Below, piece by piece: positions 31,983 through 42,384 of a DNA stretch of 64,000 nt (positions within the stretch are counted from its first letter, which is position 1; each line of letters starts with the position of its first letter). The position numbers and the translations under genes were made by a program. Origin of the DNA: Escherichia coli (GTDB taxonomy: Bacteria; Pseudomonadota; Gammaproteobacteria; Enterobacterales; Enterobacteriaceae); NCBI RefSeq assembly GCF_041886205.1, contig NZ_CP169029.1. The stretch is one strand, 5' to 3'. The notes beneath the pieces are model-generated. The model saw only the letters and a program-made list of their open reading frames with translations. It ran no database searches and had not been told where the DNA came from.

Positions 31983-32855
31983 TCAGAAGAAAATCCAGTT
32001 CCATACAGCGCGGGCAACAGAGACCACCGAGTCACGGACGGCACGCAGAACCGTGCGTGCAACAGAGGCAATACAGACGCTCTCCGCCGTGTCAAATATC
32101 CGGTCCACCGCACCGGTAAACTGTTCACGGGCCTGAGACCGGACAGATTCCGTGCGCAGCTCGTCCTGCAGGCGGGTCATCAGGGGACTGGCGGCATGGT
32201 CGGGAAGCGCTGTCATGAGCGCACTGACCAGCGTATCCAGTTCCCAGCCGGTGCGGGCCGATACGGCCACAACCGGATGTACGGGCCGGAACAGACGGAA
32301 TACCGCCTCCGTTTTTTCGCGAATATTCTGTGCCTGTGCAGGAGAAGGCTGAATACCGGCCATATCCCATTCATGGCAGGGCTCCGTTTTGTCGGCCTGC
32401 GTCACCACAAACAGTACCCGCTGATGTCCCCGGTGCAGGATGTGTCGCCAGAAATACTCATCCACAGACAGGGCACGGTCATCGGCTTTAATCAGCCACA
32501 GTACCAGGTCAAGTTCAGGCAGAATGTCACGGTACAGGGCCTCATACTCTGCATCCCTGTCCCGGCTCTCGCCCACCCCGGGCAGGTCAGTGATAACCAT
32601 GCTGTGACCGTGGCCACTCAGACGGAAGCGCCGTACTTCCCGGGTGCCGGCGTGAACATCACTGACCGGGGTGACCTCCCCCTGAAACAGTGCATTACAG
32701 AGTGAGGATTTACCGGCCCCGCTTTTACCCATAATGCCAATCACGGGTTCGTGACGGGTGAGTTTGCGCAGATGTTCCAGGATGTGACGGGAAAGTGAGT
32801 AAGGCAGGGAGGAGAGCGGTTTTTCAATTGCCTCAATGGCATCAGACGGATTCAT
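31983..32855 (-). CDS. yeeP: YeeP-like GTPase (50S ribosome-binding GTPase family)
   Basis: P-loop GIMGKSGAGKSSLCNALF; start set at MNPSD. Confidence 0.75.
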   Translation of the reverse strand: MNPSDAIEAIEKPLSSLPYSLSRHILEHLRKLTRHEPVIGIMGKSGAGKSSLCNALFQGEVTPVSDVHAGTREVRRFRLSGHGHSMVITDLPGVGESRDRDAEYEALYRDILPELDLVLWLIKADDRALSVDEYFWRHILHRGHQRVLFVVTQADKTEPCHEWDMAGIQPSPAQAQNIREKTEAVFRLFRPVHPVVAVSARTGWELDTLVSALMTALPDHAASPLMTRLQDELRTESVRSQAREQFTGAVDRIFDTAESVCIASVARTVLRAVRDSVVSVARAVWNWIFF

Positions 32856-34085
32856 ACATGTATTCCCGGTGAAAAAAGACAAAACCCCGCGCACCGGAAA
32901 GGTGGCGGGGGATTCACGGAGATAATATCTGTCTGAAATTGTTTTGAATCGATGGGATTGTTGCGTATTAACATGAAGGAGATCAGGACTTATCCGTTAC
33001 TGGGTGATCTCCTTCCATGAAAATACGCCGTTATTGTTAAACAGCAGGCTGATTTCTCCGTAAAGGGGAAAATATTTATCGGCTGTATGATTATCAGGTG
33101 TGTCTGTGTTTACTGCTGTGAGTATTTTTTAGTGTATTGTGGGGGAGATGTCAGTGGGAGATATTAAATTTACGTTTATAATTATCTTACTTCTTCTGTG
33201 TGTTTTTTATAAGAGTGCACACGTAATGATATCTGTTGATACCATGTGGTTAAGTGTTTCCCTTCCTGGTCATGCGTAATGATTAAATGCTTTTGTGACA
33301 CCATTCTTCCGGTCTGAATATTTATCCCGTTCTTTTTTATTTGTGCAGTGATACTGTCGGAAGAGAATTCAGTAATGTGAGGTGTCCTGGTCAGGATAAT
33401 ATCTGCTGAGATATTATTAGTTGAGTGTGTTTTACTGAGCAAAAGCTGGCTTTTAATTCCTGTACTGAAACACTGTCGCTCGTCCGGGGTTAACTGAAAC
33501 TGGATGATGATGTAAAATGAAGGCTGTTTTTGTGTTTGTCGAAGAAGTGTTATTTTAATCCATTCTCATCATTGGCTGGCGATTATACAGAAGTATTTGA
33601 AGAAAAAATGGTGCATTTTATCTGTGTCAGCAGGGAAGAAGTATTTTATTGATGTATCAGTATTAAATGGTTTTTGTTATTTATAAAAATGTCATCCTGT
33701 CCATAAAATATTGTACTCAGCATTCAGTGCAGGAACTGTAGTCTTCTTTATTTTATTCTTCTTCAGGAGGGGGGGTGATTCCTGAAGGCGTTATTCCCGG
33801 TGTTCTGTTTATGATTCTTCCCGGCAGGAAACCGGTATCTGCAATACCCGGGATGATGCTTTTTGTTCGTACGTGGTTGTGTAAAATTTGAATAGTGGAT
33901 GTGCTCCGAAGGGAAGGAGGGGACACACAGATTCATTTTGTCTTTCTTCAGCAGCAAAATACACCGTGGTTATTATTTAACCATTAAATCAACAAAAAAT
34001 TTTACCTCATATTGATTTGACTGCTATTTTTGCTATTAATAGCCAGAATTGCAGTGCTTTTATATCTGTGTATAGTGAGGTTACT

Positions 34086-35570
34086 ATGTCATTCGGTCAG
34101 CCTTGTGATGAGTTTCCCCTGAGTTCGCTGCCTCCACTCATTCGTGATGCCGTTATTGAAGCTCAGCAAATTACGCAGGCTCCCCTTGGGCTTGTGGCAG
34201 CGTCTGCCCTGGGCGCTGTTTCACTTGTCTGCCAGAATCTGATTGATGTCTGCAGACTGAATACACTGCGGGGGCCGGTCTCTCTTTTTTTCCTGACGCT
34301 TGCCGAGTCCGGAGAACGAAAAACCGCAGTGGACAAATTATTAATGAAGCCCCTGTACCAGCAGGAGATGCAGTTATATTCCAGATACAAAAGTGAACTG
34401 GCTGTCTGGAAAAACAAGGAAGAGCTTTTAAAGGCTCAGAAAAAAGCATTGTTGTCAAAACTGAATAAAGAACTCCGCAAAGGCGCGGATGAGTCAGAAA
34501 CCCTCAGACAACTGGAAGTACTTCAGAAAAACAGTGCGGAAGAACCTGTGAGGTATAAATTCATTTTTAATGATGCCACGACTGCGGCAATTAAGAATCA
34601 GCTTTGTGGTAAATGGCGTTCAGTGGGTATTATGTCAGATGAAGCCGGTATTATATTTGATGGATATACCCTGTCTGAGTTGCCTTTTATTAACAAAATG
34701 TGGGATGGCTCTGTATTGTCTGTGGACAGAAAGAATGAACCCGAACAGATGATTGAAAATGCCAGAATGACGTTATCCCTCATGGTGCAACCCGGTCTTT
34801 TTGACCGATATATGGAGCGAAAAGGTTCTGTTGCCAGGGACAGTGGTTTTCTTGCCCGTTGTCTTATCAGTAAACCTGCAACCACGCAGGGGAAACGCTT
34901 TATTAACGGAGCTGTGATTCCGGGAGGATCATTAACGGCATTTCATGAACGATTAATGGAACTGGCCAGAGGCAGTATTGAAAAATCCAGTGAGGATGAA
35001 CGGTATTGTCTGCATTTTTCGCCTGAAGCGCAAAAAATATTTATTGAGCACTATAATGTTCTGGAGCAGGATTTATCCCCTTCCGGACCCTTAAGCCCGT
35101 TTCGGGGACATGTTTCAAAAAAAACAGAAAACATTGCAAGAATTGCAGCGTTATTTCAGTATTTCAGCTATGGTGAAGGGAAAATCTCTGCCGATATCAT
35201 GACGTCTGCTGTCGTAATAAGTTCGTGGTACACAGATGAATATAAAAAATTATTTGCGTTACCTGATGAATCTGAACTGCAGCAGAAGGACGCCGAGGAG
35301 CTGTTCGACTGGCTCATTGAGGAGTGCCGCGGAGAATGCCCACCCCGTGTCAGGAAAAATTATATTCTCCAGTGTGGCCCGGGTCGGTTCAGAAACAGGA
35401 AAAAACTGAACGCATTGCTGAACATTCTTGAATCTCAGTTCAGGCTTTCTGTCGTGCCGGAAGGAAAAACCATGTATGTTCTGCTTCCCCAGATAGCCAG
35501 TTTAAAGTTGTCTGATGTCTCTGGTATTTTTACCTCGGGTTATCACTACAATAAGCTGAGAGCGAAGTAA
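34086..35570 (+). CDS. DUF3987-like protein (YfjI-like, P4-type island gene)
   Basis: 494-aa ORF from MSFGQPCDE; family assignment from memory, moderate. Confidence 0.5.
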   Translation: MSFGQPCDEFPLSSLPPLIRDAVIEAQQITQAPLGLVAASALGAVSLVCQNLIDVCRLNTLRGPVSLFFLTLAESGERKTAVDKLLMKPLYQQEMQLYSRYKSELAVWKNKEELLKAQKKALLSKLNKELRKGADESETLRQLEVLQKNSAEEPVRYKFIFNDATTAAIKNQLCGKWRSVGIMSDEAGIIFDGYTLSELPFINKMWDGSVLSVDRKNEPEQMIENARMTLSLMVQPGLFDRYMERKGSVARDSGFLARCLISKPATTQGKRFINGAVIPGGSLTAFHERLMELARGSIEKSSEDERYCLHFSPEAQKIFIEHYNVLEQDLSPSGPLSPFRGHVSKKTENIARIAALFQYFSYGEGKISADIMTSAVVISSWYTDEYKKLFALPDESELQQKDAEELFDWLIEECRGECPPRVRKNYILQCGPGRFRNRKKLNALLNILESQFRLSVVPEGKTMYVLLPQIASLKLSDVSGIFTSGYHYNKLRAK

Positions 35571-35891
35571 CCGGTGAGCAGTTTTTCTCCATTATGCTTC
35601 AGACTTAGATGATTGATTATTATGGGGATTTCATCACCGATATTCAGATGTATGAATATCGGTGATGAACTAAAGCTCAGGAGCTGCGTGGTGGTGATGA
35701 ATCAACAGGCATATAACTGATACCCGCCGGTCAGAAGTTCCAGCCTGCGACTTTCCTGTCTGCGTGCCCGCAGTCCGGCGTTCAGGTGCAGCGTGTGACA
35801 GAACGCACGGAGAGCGAAACGGCAGGCAGACAGGCCGTTCAGTCAGCCCTGGCACCCTGCCCGGATACCAGCTTCCCTGAAACAACTGGCA

Positions 35892-36500
35892 TCAGGTGCG
35901 CTTATCGTCAACCGTTGTGCGGTATGCCAGGAGCACGTACTGATCCATCAGATCCGTCAGTGCTGCGCTCTGCTTCTGACGGTTGATGATCCATTCCTCC
36001 AGCTCTTTTTCTGATTTCCGTTTCAGATTCTCCGTCCAGTCGTCAAGGCAGTTTCCGGTCATTAAATCAAGCCAGCAAAGCCAGACCAGTTTGAGGCGCA
36101 ACTCCGTGCCACCAAACTGACGGAAGAGGCTGATCAGTTTATTTGCCAGCGAACGCTGCCTCAGACGTTCACATTCAGACAGGAGAATGCCTTCCAGCAT
36201 CGGATGATGAACCAGCAGATGTTCACTGGTGCATAAATTCACTATCAGATCATCATCCAGGGGCGGCGTGGTCCGTTTGTCCGGACCATAAATCAGCCGG
36301 TGCAGACTCTGGGGTACGATGGCAATCTCCGGTTTTTCACCATTGAATGACACCCACCCGGGCGTCAGATTATGGAAGTAGTAGATATTCGGATGACACA
36401 CGCCCCAGGATACGGCGTGCCGGGTGAAGCCGGTCAGCCATTTCTGGTAGCTTTCGTGGAGCAGCTCGTAACGGGTCTGATACTGTGGTTTCATTTTCAT
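35892..36500 (-). CDS. Hypothetical protein (P4-like island module)
   Basis: ORF from ATG 36500 (MKMKPQYQTRYELLH...); downstream of and co-directional with alpA. Confidence 0.4.
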   Translation of the reverse strand: MKMKPQYQTRYELLHESYQKWLTGFTRHAVSWGVCHPNIYYFHNLTPGWVSFNGEKPEIAIVPQSLHRLIYGPDKRTTPPLDDDLIVNLCTSEHLLVHHPMLEGILLSECERLRQRSLANKLISLFRQFGGTELRLKLVWLCWLDLMTGNCLDDWTENLKRKSEKELEEWIINRQKQSAALTDLMDQYVLLAYRTTVDDKRT

Positions 36501-36580
36501 ATTCCTCACGGGGGATAACAGGCAGCAGAACGCCGCCGGCAGGCCGGAGACTGCGTCTGTTGCAGATGAACGGTTAAGAA

Positions 36581-36787
36581 TTACGGACGGGACTGTGCAA
36601 TACGCGCCTGCAGCCAGGCTTCCACTTCGCTTTTCAGCCATCGGGAGCTGCGGCCCATTTTGATGGGCGCAGGAAAGTCACCATCCTTGATGAGTTTGTA
36701 AAACCACTTATCGGTCAGGCCGGTCAGTTGAGTGATAAATGCCATGTCGACCATCTGGTCATCCATCAGTGAAACTGGGGTGATCAT
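36581..36787 (-). CDS. alpA: AlpA-family phage regulatory protein (small HTH)
   Basis: ...MAFITQLTGLTDKWFYKLIKDGDFPAPIKMGRSSRWLKSEVEAWL... typical AlpA/Xis-like fold. Confidence 0.7.
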   Translation of the reverse strand: MITPVSLMDDQMVDMAFITQLTGLTDKWFYKLIKDGDFPAPIKMGRSSRWLKSEVEAWLQARIAQSRP

Positions 36788-38412
36788 GAGAATGTTCCTC
36801 CGGATGTTGTTAAACCAGCCGGTGTGGTCATGAAAACAACGCACCACCTTCACCGGCATAACAACCGGGGAGAAACGTAAAAAATAATCGGGAATGTGAC
36901 CGCCAGGAGATAAACGGGGAGGTTACGGTGGCTGAGCCGTACCGGTATGCCGGGTGGTTGTTACGAAACGATGCTTCCGCACGCGCGCGCGATAAAGAAG
37001 GGATGATTTTCGTGAGGAAGAGGGGAAAACTGGCGTTCTGATAATTGCAGAGTTATTTACGGGGCGGTTACGATGGGGCAGACCATGTCCGGTGGGCAGG
37101 CGACAGGTATCACCGATGGGATAAGACTGTCTGATTGGTATTATAAATATAAGAAGTTATCAGAGAGTAACGTAAAGGATTTGCCAGAATAACCTAAGAG
37201 AGTAAATCTCTCCGGTAACAGAGCGCTGTGAAGCATTCTGTATCAGAGTGCAAATACATGAACGCTGATGCGTAAAATCAGCAGTGACACGCCAGCTCCC
37301 CCTATGCCCATTCCTGTATAAGACATGAACTGAGCGTATTAATGCTCCTGCCCTGAAACTGAGCCGGTGAGTGAGGGGCTGAGAAATCCCTCTTGACACA
37401 GCTCTAACCAGAAATACTTCCCCGGTTGTTGCGGTGCGTCCGGATCCCCGATAACGGAACACTAAGGCTGTATTGCGGGACACCAGGTAAGTGGCAGCCC
37501 GTAATACGTCAGGAGACGCGGGAAAAGTGATTTCCCATACGCGTTATAAACTTACCCCTGCGGAGATGGAAGCCTTCAACTCTGCGGTCGATCACCGACT
37601 GGCAGAACTGACAATGAACAAGCTTTACGATCGTGTTCCCGCTTCAGTCTGGAAATATGTCATCTGAGCGTTCGGTAATCACAACTGCATCGCGCCAGGT
37701 GTTATCCGCTTTGTGATTCTTATTGGCTCTTCTCAGGTTATTAAAAGCTGAATATGTTCCTGTTGTCGGGAACTAGGATAATACCGGGAACGTTAAGCGG
37801 TATAGCGACAACAAAGAATTCGAAATCAAAAGGGAATGGTGTACGGAGGTGTAGGCGGTAATGGGCCGATTTTCGGGCATTACCGACCTCTGCTGAGGTT
37901 TTCTCGTATTTATCGGGGAGCTGGTGCGTTACTGTCACTGTCTGGCACAGCAAACGCAGAGGTGGCGGGGCGCTCTGCTCCGCTGACTCCGGCTAATCTC
38001 TCCCCTTTTACCTACTGCAACAGTACAAATACACTGACGCCTGAAATGACAGCCAGAATCAGCACAGGCAGTAACGTCAGTAGACAAAGCAGACGATCGG
38101 TATTTCGGTAATAATCGAAGGGATCTGCTGACACGTAGCCCGGGCAACATTCCGTATTATGAGGGATGGCGTTATCACAATCCCTGCACACCGTTTTGCG
38201 TATCACCATCACGTCCTCCTCACAATCTTATCCGTAACCGGCTTTTTGCATTAAAAAAACAACGCTGAAAATTCAGCCGTCAGTCCGGAGACGACAGTCG
38301 GGTTATCTCAGAGTGCCTGAGATATTGCCTGGTTGGAGATCACTTCAGGGACTCTGCGCATTTTTTACGGCGTGGTTAATCCGTATGAACGAAACCATAC
38401 GGAGATTTAACC

Positions 38413-38982
38413 ATGACCTACAAATACAACCCCTTCTGGCAGCAACGTATTCGTGAGACGGTGCGGCACGCACTGGATGTTCATCCCCGTCTGACGGCAT
38501 TGCGGGTTGATCTGCGTCTCCCGGATGTACCGGCAGCAACGGACGCGGCTGTGATATCCCGCTTCATCAATGCCCTGAAAGCCCGCATCGACGCTTACCA
38601 GAAACGTAAGCATCGGGAAGGTAAACGCGTGCATTCCTCGACCCTGCATTACGCCTGGGCCCGGGAGTTCGGGGAGCTTAAAGGCAAAAAACACTATCAC
38701 CTGCTGCTGCTGGTCAACCGGGATACCTGGTGTCGTGCCGGCGATTACCGCGCTCCGGGGTCACTGGCCGGAATGATTAAACAGGCCTGGTGCAGTGCCC
38801 TGGGGGTGGATGCCGGATGTTATGCCACGCTGGTGCATTTTCCGGTCAGGCCGGCGGTGTGGCTGGAACGCGATGATGAAACCGGCTTTCAGCAGGTGCT
38901 GGAACGTGCTGGCTATCTGGCGAAGGAGCATACCAAAGCTCGCGGCACCGGTGAGCGCAACTTTGGCTGCAGTCGTGGCTGA
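38413..38982 (+). CDS. YagK/YfjJ-family (inovirus Gp2-like) protein
   Basis: 189-aa ORF MTYKYNPFWQQRIRETVRHALDVHPRLTALRVDLRLP...; family assignment from memory. Confidence 0.55.
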   Translation: MTYKYNPFWQQRIRETVRHALDVHPRLTALRVDLRLPDVPAATDAAVISRFINALKARIDAYQKRKHREGKRVHSSTLHYAWAREFGELKGKKHYHLLLLVNRDTWCRAGDYRAPGSLAGMIKQAWCSALGVDAGCYATLVHFPVRPAVWLERDDETGFQQVLERAGYLAKEHTKARGTGERNFGCSRG

Positions 38983-39142
38983 GCCCGACAGACGACTTAT
39001 CTGACCTTAGTGTGATGACGCGTTCACAGCGACCACACTGATTTTCCCTTCTGAGACTGAACTGAAAACCGCTATTCACACCTGACCACGCTGCCCGTAC
39101 CGGGACGGCTGTTGCCTGCGTGTCGTCTGGCGGCTGAGGAAT

Positions 39143-39475
39143 ATGACGATGTACGCAAAATCCTTTCTCGCACTTGATGGCAACGGGCGTCTGACTGGTG
39201 CCCGTACCGCACAGACTGCACCTTACGATCGCTACACTTGCCACCTTTGCGGCAGTACACTCAGATACCATCCGCAATACGACACTGAACTTCCCTGGTT
39301 TGAACACACTGACGAAGGGCTGACTAAGCACGGTCATGAGTGCCCTTATGTCAGACCGGAGTGCAGAGAAATACAACTGATTAAGCGTCTGCAGAAATTC
39401 GTACCGGATGCCTTACCCGTGGTGCGTAAAGCCAGCTGGCACTGCACGAAACAAGGCATTGGATCTTGTAGGTAA
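39143..39475 (+). CDS. Hypothetical Cys/His-rich protein (possible fragment)
   Basis: 110-aa ORF with CxxC...HxC residues; overlaps the next ORF out of frame. Confidence 0.3.
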   Translation: MTMYAKSFLALDGNGRLTGARTAQTAPYDRYTCHLCGSTLRYHPQYDTELPWFEHTDEGLTKHGHECPYVRPECREIQLIKRLQKFVPDALPVVRKASWHCTKQGIGSCR

Positions 39476-39725
39476 TTTAGGAGCGGACTCTAAGCCAGTT
39501 ATCGGACGTTTGGAAGTCAGCGCTGGTAATGGGAAAGTCATAGGGCGGCAATCCAGCGACGGAAAAGTTGGTTGGCGTGTTGATTATGATCCTGAAAAAG
39601 GCACACACATATATATATGGGATTACTCACAGGGTAAAGGTCCTGGAAAAGCGGTGAAGCAAGTCATACCTTTTGAAGGCAATGAAAAGTCTTTTGAAAC
39701 AAAATTGAAACAGCTAAACAGGTAG
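39408..39725 (+). CDS. Putative orphan toxin C-terminal domain
   Basis: Basic 105-aa ORF followed 5 nt later by a small acidic ORF; composition shifts to AT-rich at about 39470. Confidence 0.3.
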   Translation: MPYPWCVKPAGTARNKALDLVGNLGADSKPVIGRLEVSAGNGKVIGRQSSDGKVGWRVDYDPEKGTHIYIWDYSQGKGPGKAVKQVIPFEGNEKSFETKLKQLNR

Positions 39726-39730
39726 AGTAA

Positions 39731-40105
39731 ATGACTTTATTTGATGAGTGTCGGGAAGCACTGAGTGCTGATTTTAATATAGTAGAGGGGCTGGCTCAGC
39801 AGGAGGCTATGGGCATTTTAAATAAGTATCCTCTCGCGAAAGGACGTGTTACTTGGTCAGAGATCAGGCATTCTGATTATGAGAGTTTTGATGAGTTATT
39901 GAGTGCAAACTCTGTAAAAAACGATGACATGTTTGTCTTTGCAGATGATGCAAGTATTCCAGTTTTTAGGTCAAATCTAAGATTAATCGCTGAAAATATC
40001 TATGACGTAACAGCTTTATCGCCCAAATTATTCATTTTTAATGATGAAGTGATAATACAACCTTTATTCCCAACTGATATGTTCCGTTTAGGAATCAAGA
40101 AATAG
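39731..40105 (+). CDS. Putative cognate immunity protein
   Basis: 124-aa acidic ORF in AT-rich DNA immediately downstream of the putative toxin domain. Confidence 0.3.
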   Translation: MTLFDECREALSADFNIVEGLAQQEAMGILNKYPLAKGRVTWSEIRHSDYESFDELLSANSVKNDDMFVFADDASIPVFRSNLRLIAENIYDVTALSPKLFIFNDEVIIQPLFPTDMFRLGIKK

Positions 40106-40109
40106 TGGG

Positions 40110-40840
40110 AAAGCTCGCAAATCCCGGCCATTATGCCGGGATTTTTTTGTGCACAGAAAACCCCCGGCTAGGCTGGGGGTTCCGGAAAGCTTTCAGCTTT
40201 GAGCCAGTTATTAAAACCCCTTTTGATTTGTTAAAACACCTTGCGGTCTGGCAACTGCAAGTGTCAAACATGAAATCAAAAGGGGGTCCCAATGGGGAAC
40301 GAAAAGAGTTTAGCGCACACCCGATGGAACTGTAAATATCACATAGTTTTTGCGCCAAAATACCGAAGACTGGTGTTCTATAGAGAGAAGCGTAGAGCAA
40401 CAGGCAGTATTTTGAGAAAGCTGTGTGAGTGGAAAAGCGTACGGATTCTTGAAGCTGAATGCTGTGCAGATCATGTCCATATGATTGTGGAGACCCGCCC
40501 AAAATGAGCGTATCCGGCTTTATGGGATATCTGAAAGGGAAAAGCAGTCCGATGCTTTACGAGCAGTCTGGGGATTTGAAATTCAAATACAGGAACAGGG
40601 AGTTCTGGTGCAGAGGGTACTACGTCGATACGGTGGGTAAGAACATGGCGAAGATACAGGATTACATAAAGCACCAGCTTGAAGAGGATAAAATGGGAGA
40701 GCAGTTATCGATTCCCTATCCGGGCAGCCCGTTTAATTCTGGAGGATATTTATTATCAGAAACAGGTCATATTCATATAATAAATAATGTATATAATTTT
40801 ATTGTTAAGTATGTAAAGGATAATACAGCATGGTAGTTTT
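40110..40840 (+). mobile_element. IS200-like element (boundaries approximate)
   Basis: Structured left end with hairpins cccggccattatgccggg and cccccggctaggctgggggtt upstream of the tnpA reading frame. Confidence 0.5.
40292..40836 (+). pseudogene. tnpA: IS200/IS605-family Y1 transposase tnpA, frameshifted
   Basis: Two overlapping ORFs; the first ends HMIVETRPK* and the second carries PPKMSVSGFMGYLKGKS... in the +1 frame, a single-base frame slip around 40490; the C-terminus also diverges. Confidence 0.8.
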
Positions 40841-41156
40841 GCGACATAACACACAAAAACAACACTCATGAAACAAAATGCCTTTATATGTTTTTATTTT
40901 GATGCATAATTGTTAATGACTATGAATGAGGGATGCAACACTATCGCATCTTCGGTTATTCCCTTAAATACTTACCTGCCATATGTCCGTATGGCAGGCT
41001 TTTTTCATTAACAGGCTTGCTGTTACATATCACTGTATTTCTCTTTTCCTTCCCTGTACTGCTTTTAGACTGGCCCCCTGAATCTCCAGACAACCAGTAT
41101 CACTTATTTAAGTGATAGTCTTAATACTAGTTTTTAGACTAGTCATTGGAGAACAG

Positions 41157-41521
41157 ATGATTGATGTCTTAGGGCCGGAGAAACGCAGACGGCGTACCAC
41201 ACAGGAAAAGATCGCAATTGTTCAGCAGAGCTTTGAACCGGGGATGACGGTCTCCCTCGTTGCCCGGCAACATGGTGTAGCAGCCAGCCAGTTATTTCTC
41301 TGGCGTAAGCAATACCAGGAAGGAAGTCTTCTGCTGTGGCCGCCGGAGAACAGGTTGTTCCTGCCTCTGAGCTTGCTGCCGCCATGAAGCAGATTAAAGA
41401 ACTCCAGCGCCTGCTCGGCAAGAAAACGATGGAAAATGAACTCCTCAAAGAAGCCGTTGAATATGGACGGGCAAAAAAGTGGATAGCGCACGCGCCCTTA
41501 TTGCCCGGGGATGGGGAGTAA
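41157..41521 (+). pseudogene. insC: IS2 insC (orfA), disrupted by a 1-nt deletion
   Basis: Reads ...[17 protein letters not shown]... where, as I recall the reference, IS2 has ...[19 protein letters not shown]...; the rest ([19 protein letters not shown]...) is in the other frame. Confidence 0.8.
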
Positions 41522-42384
41522 GCTTAGTCAGCCGTTGTCTCCGGGTGTCGCGTGCGCAGTTGCACGTCATTCTCAGACGAACCGATGACTGGATGGATGG
41601 CCGCCGCAGTCGTCACACTGATGATACGGATGTGCTTCTCCGTATACACCATGTTATCGGGGAGCTGCCCACGTATGGTTATCGTCGGGTATGGGCGCTG
41701 CTTCGCAGACAGGCAGAACTTGATGGTATGCCTGCGATCAATGCCAAACGTGTTTACCGGATCATGCGCCAGAATGCGCTGTTGCTTGAGCGAAAACCTG
41801 CTGTACCGCCATCGAAACGGGCACATACAGGCAGAGTGGCCGTGAAAGAAAGCAATCAGCGATGGTGCTCTGACGGGTTCGAGTTCTGCTGTGATAACGG
41901 AGAGAGACTGCGTGTCACGTTCGCGCTGGACTGCTGTGATCGTGAGGCACTGCACTGGGCGGTGACTACCGGCGGCTTCAACAGTGAAACAGTACAGGAC
42001 GTCATGCTGGGAGCGGTGGAACGCCGCTTCGGCAACGAGCTTCCGGCGTCTCCAGTAGAGTGGCTGACGGATAATGGTTCATGCTACCGGGCTAATGAAA
42101 CACGGCAGTTTGCCCGGATGTTGGGGCTTGAACCGAAGAGCACGGCGGTGCGGAGTCCGGAGAGTAACGGCATAGCAGAGAGCTTCGTGAAAACGATAAA
42201 GCGTGACTACATCAGTGTCATGCCCAAACCAGACGGGTTAACGGCAGCAAAGAACCTTGCAGAGGCGTTCGAGCATTATAACGAATGGCATCCGCATAGT
42301 GCACTGGGTTATCGCTCGCCACGGGAATATCTACGGCAGCAAGCCAGTAATGGGTTAAGTGATAACAGGTGTCTGGAAATATAG
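41479..42384 (+). CDS. insD: IS2 transposase InsD (orfB, DDE integrase)
   Basis: 301-aa [37 protein letters not shown]... Confidence 0.9.
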
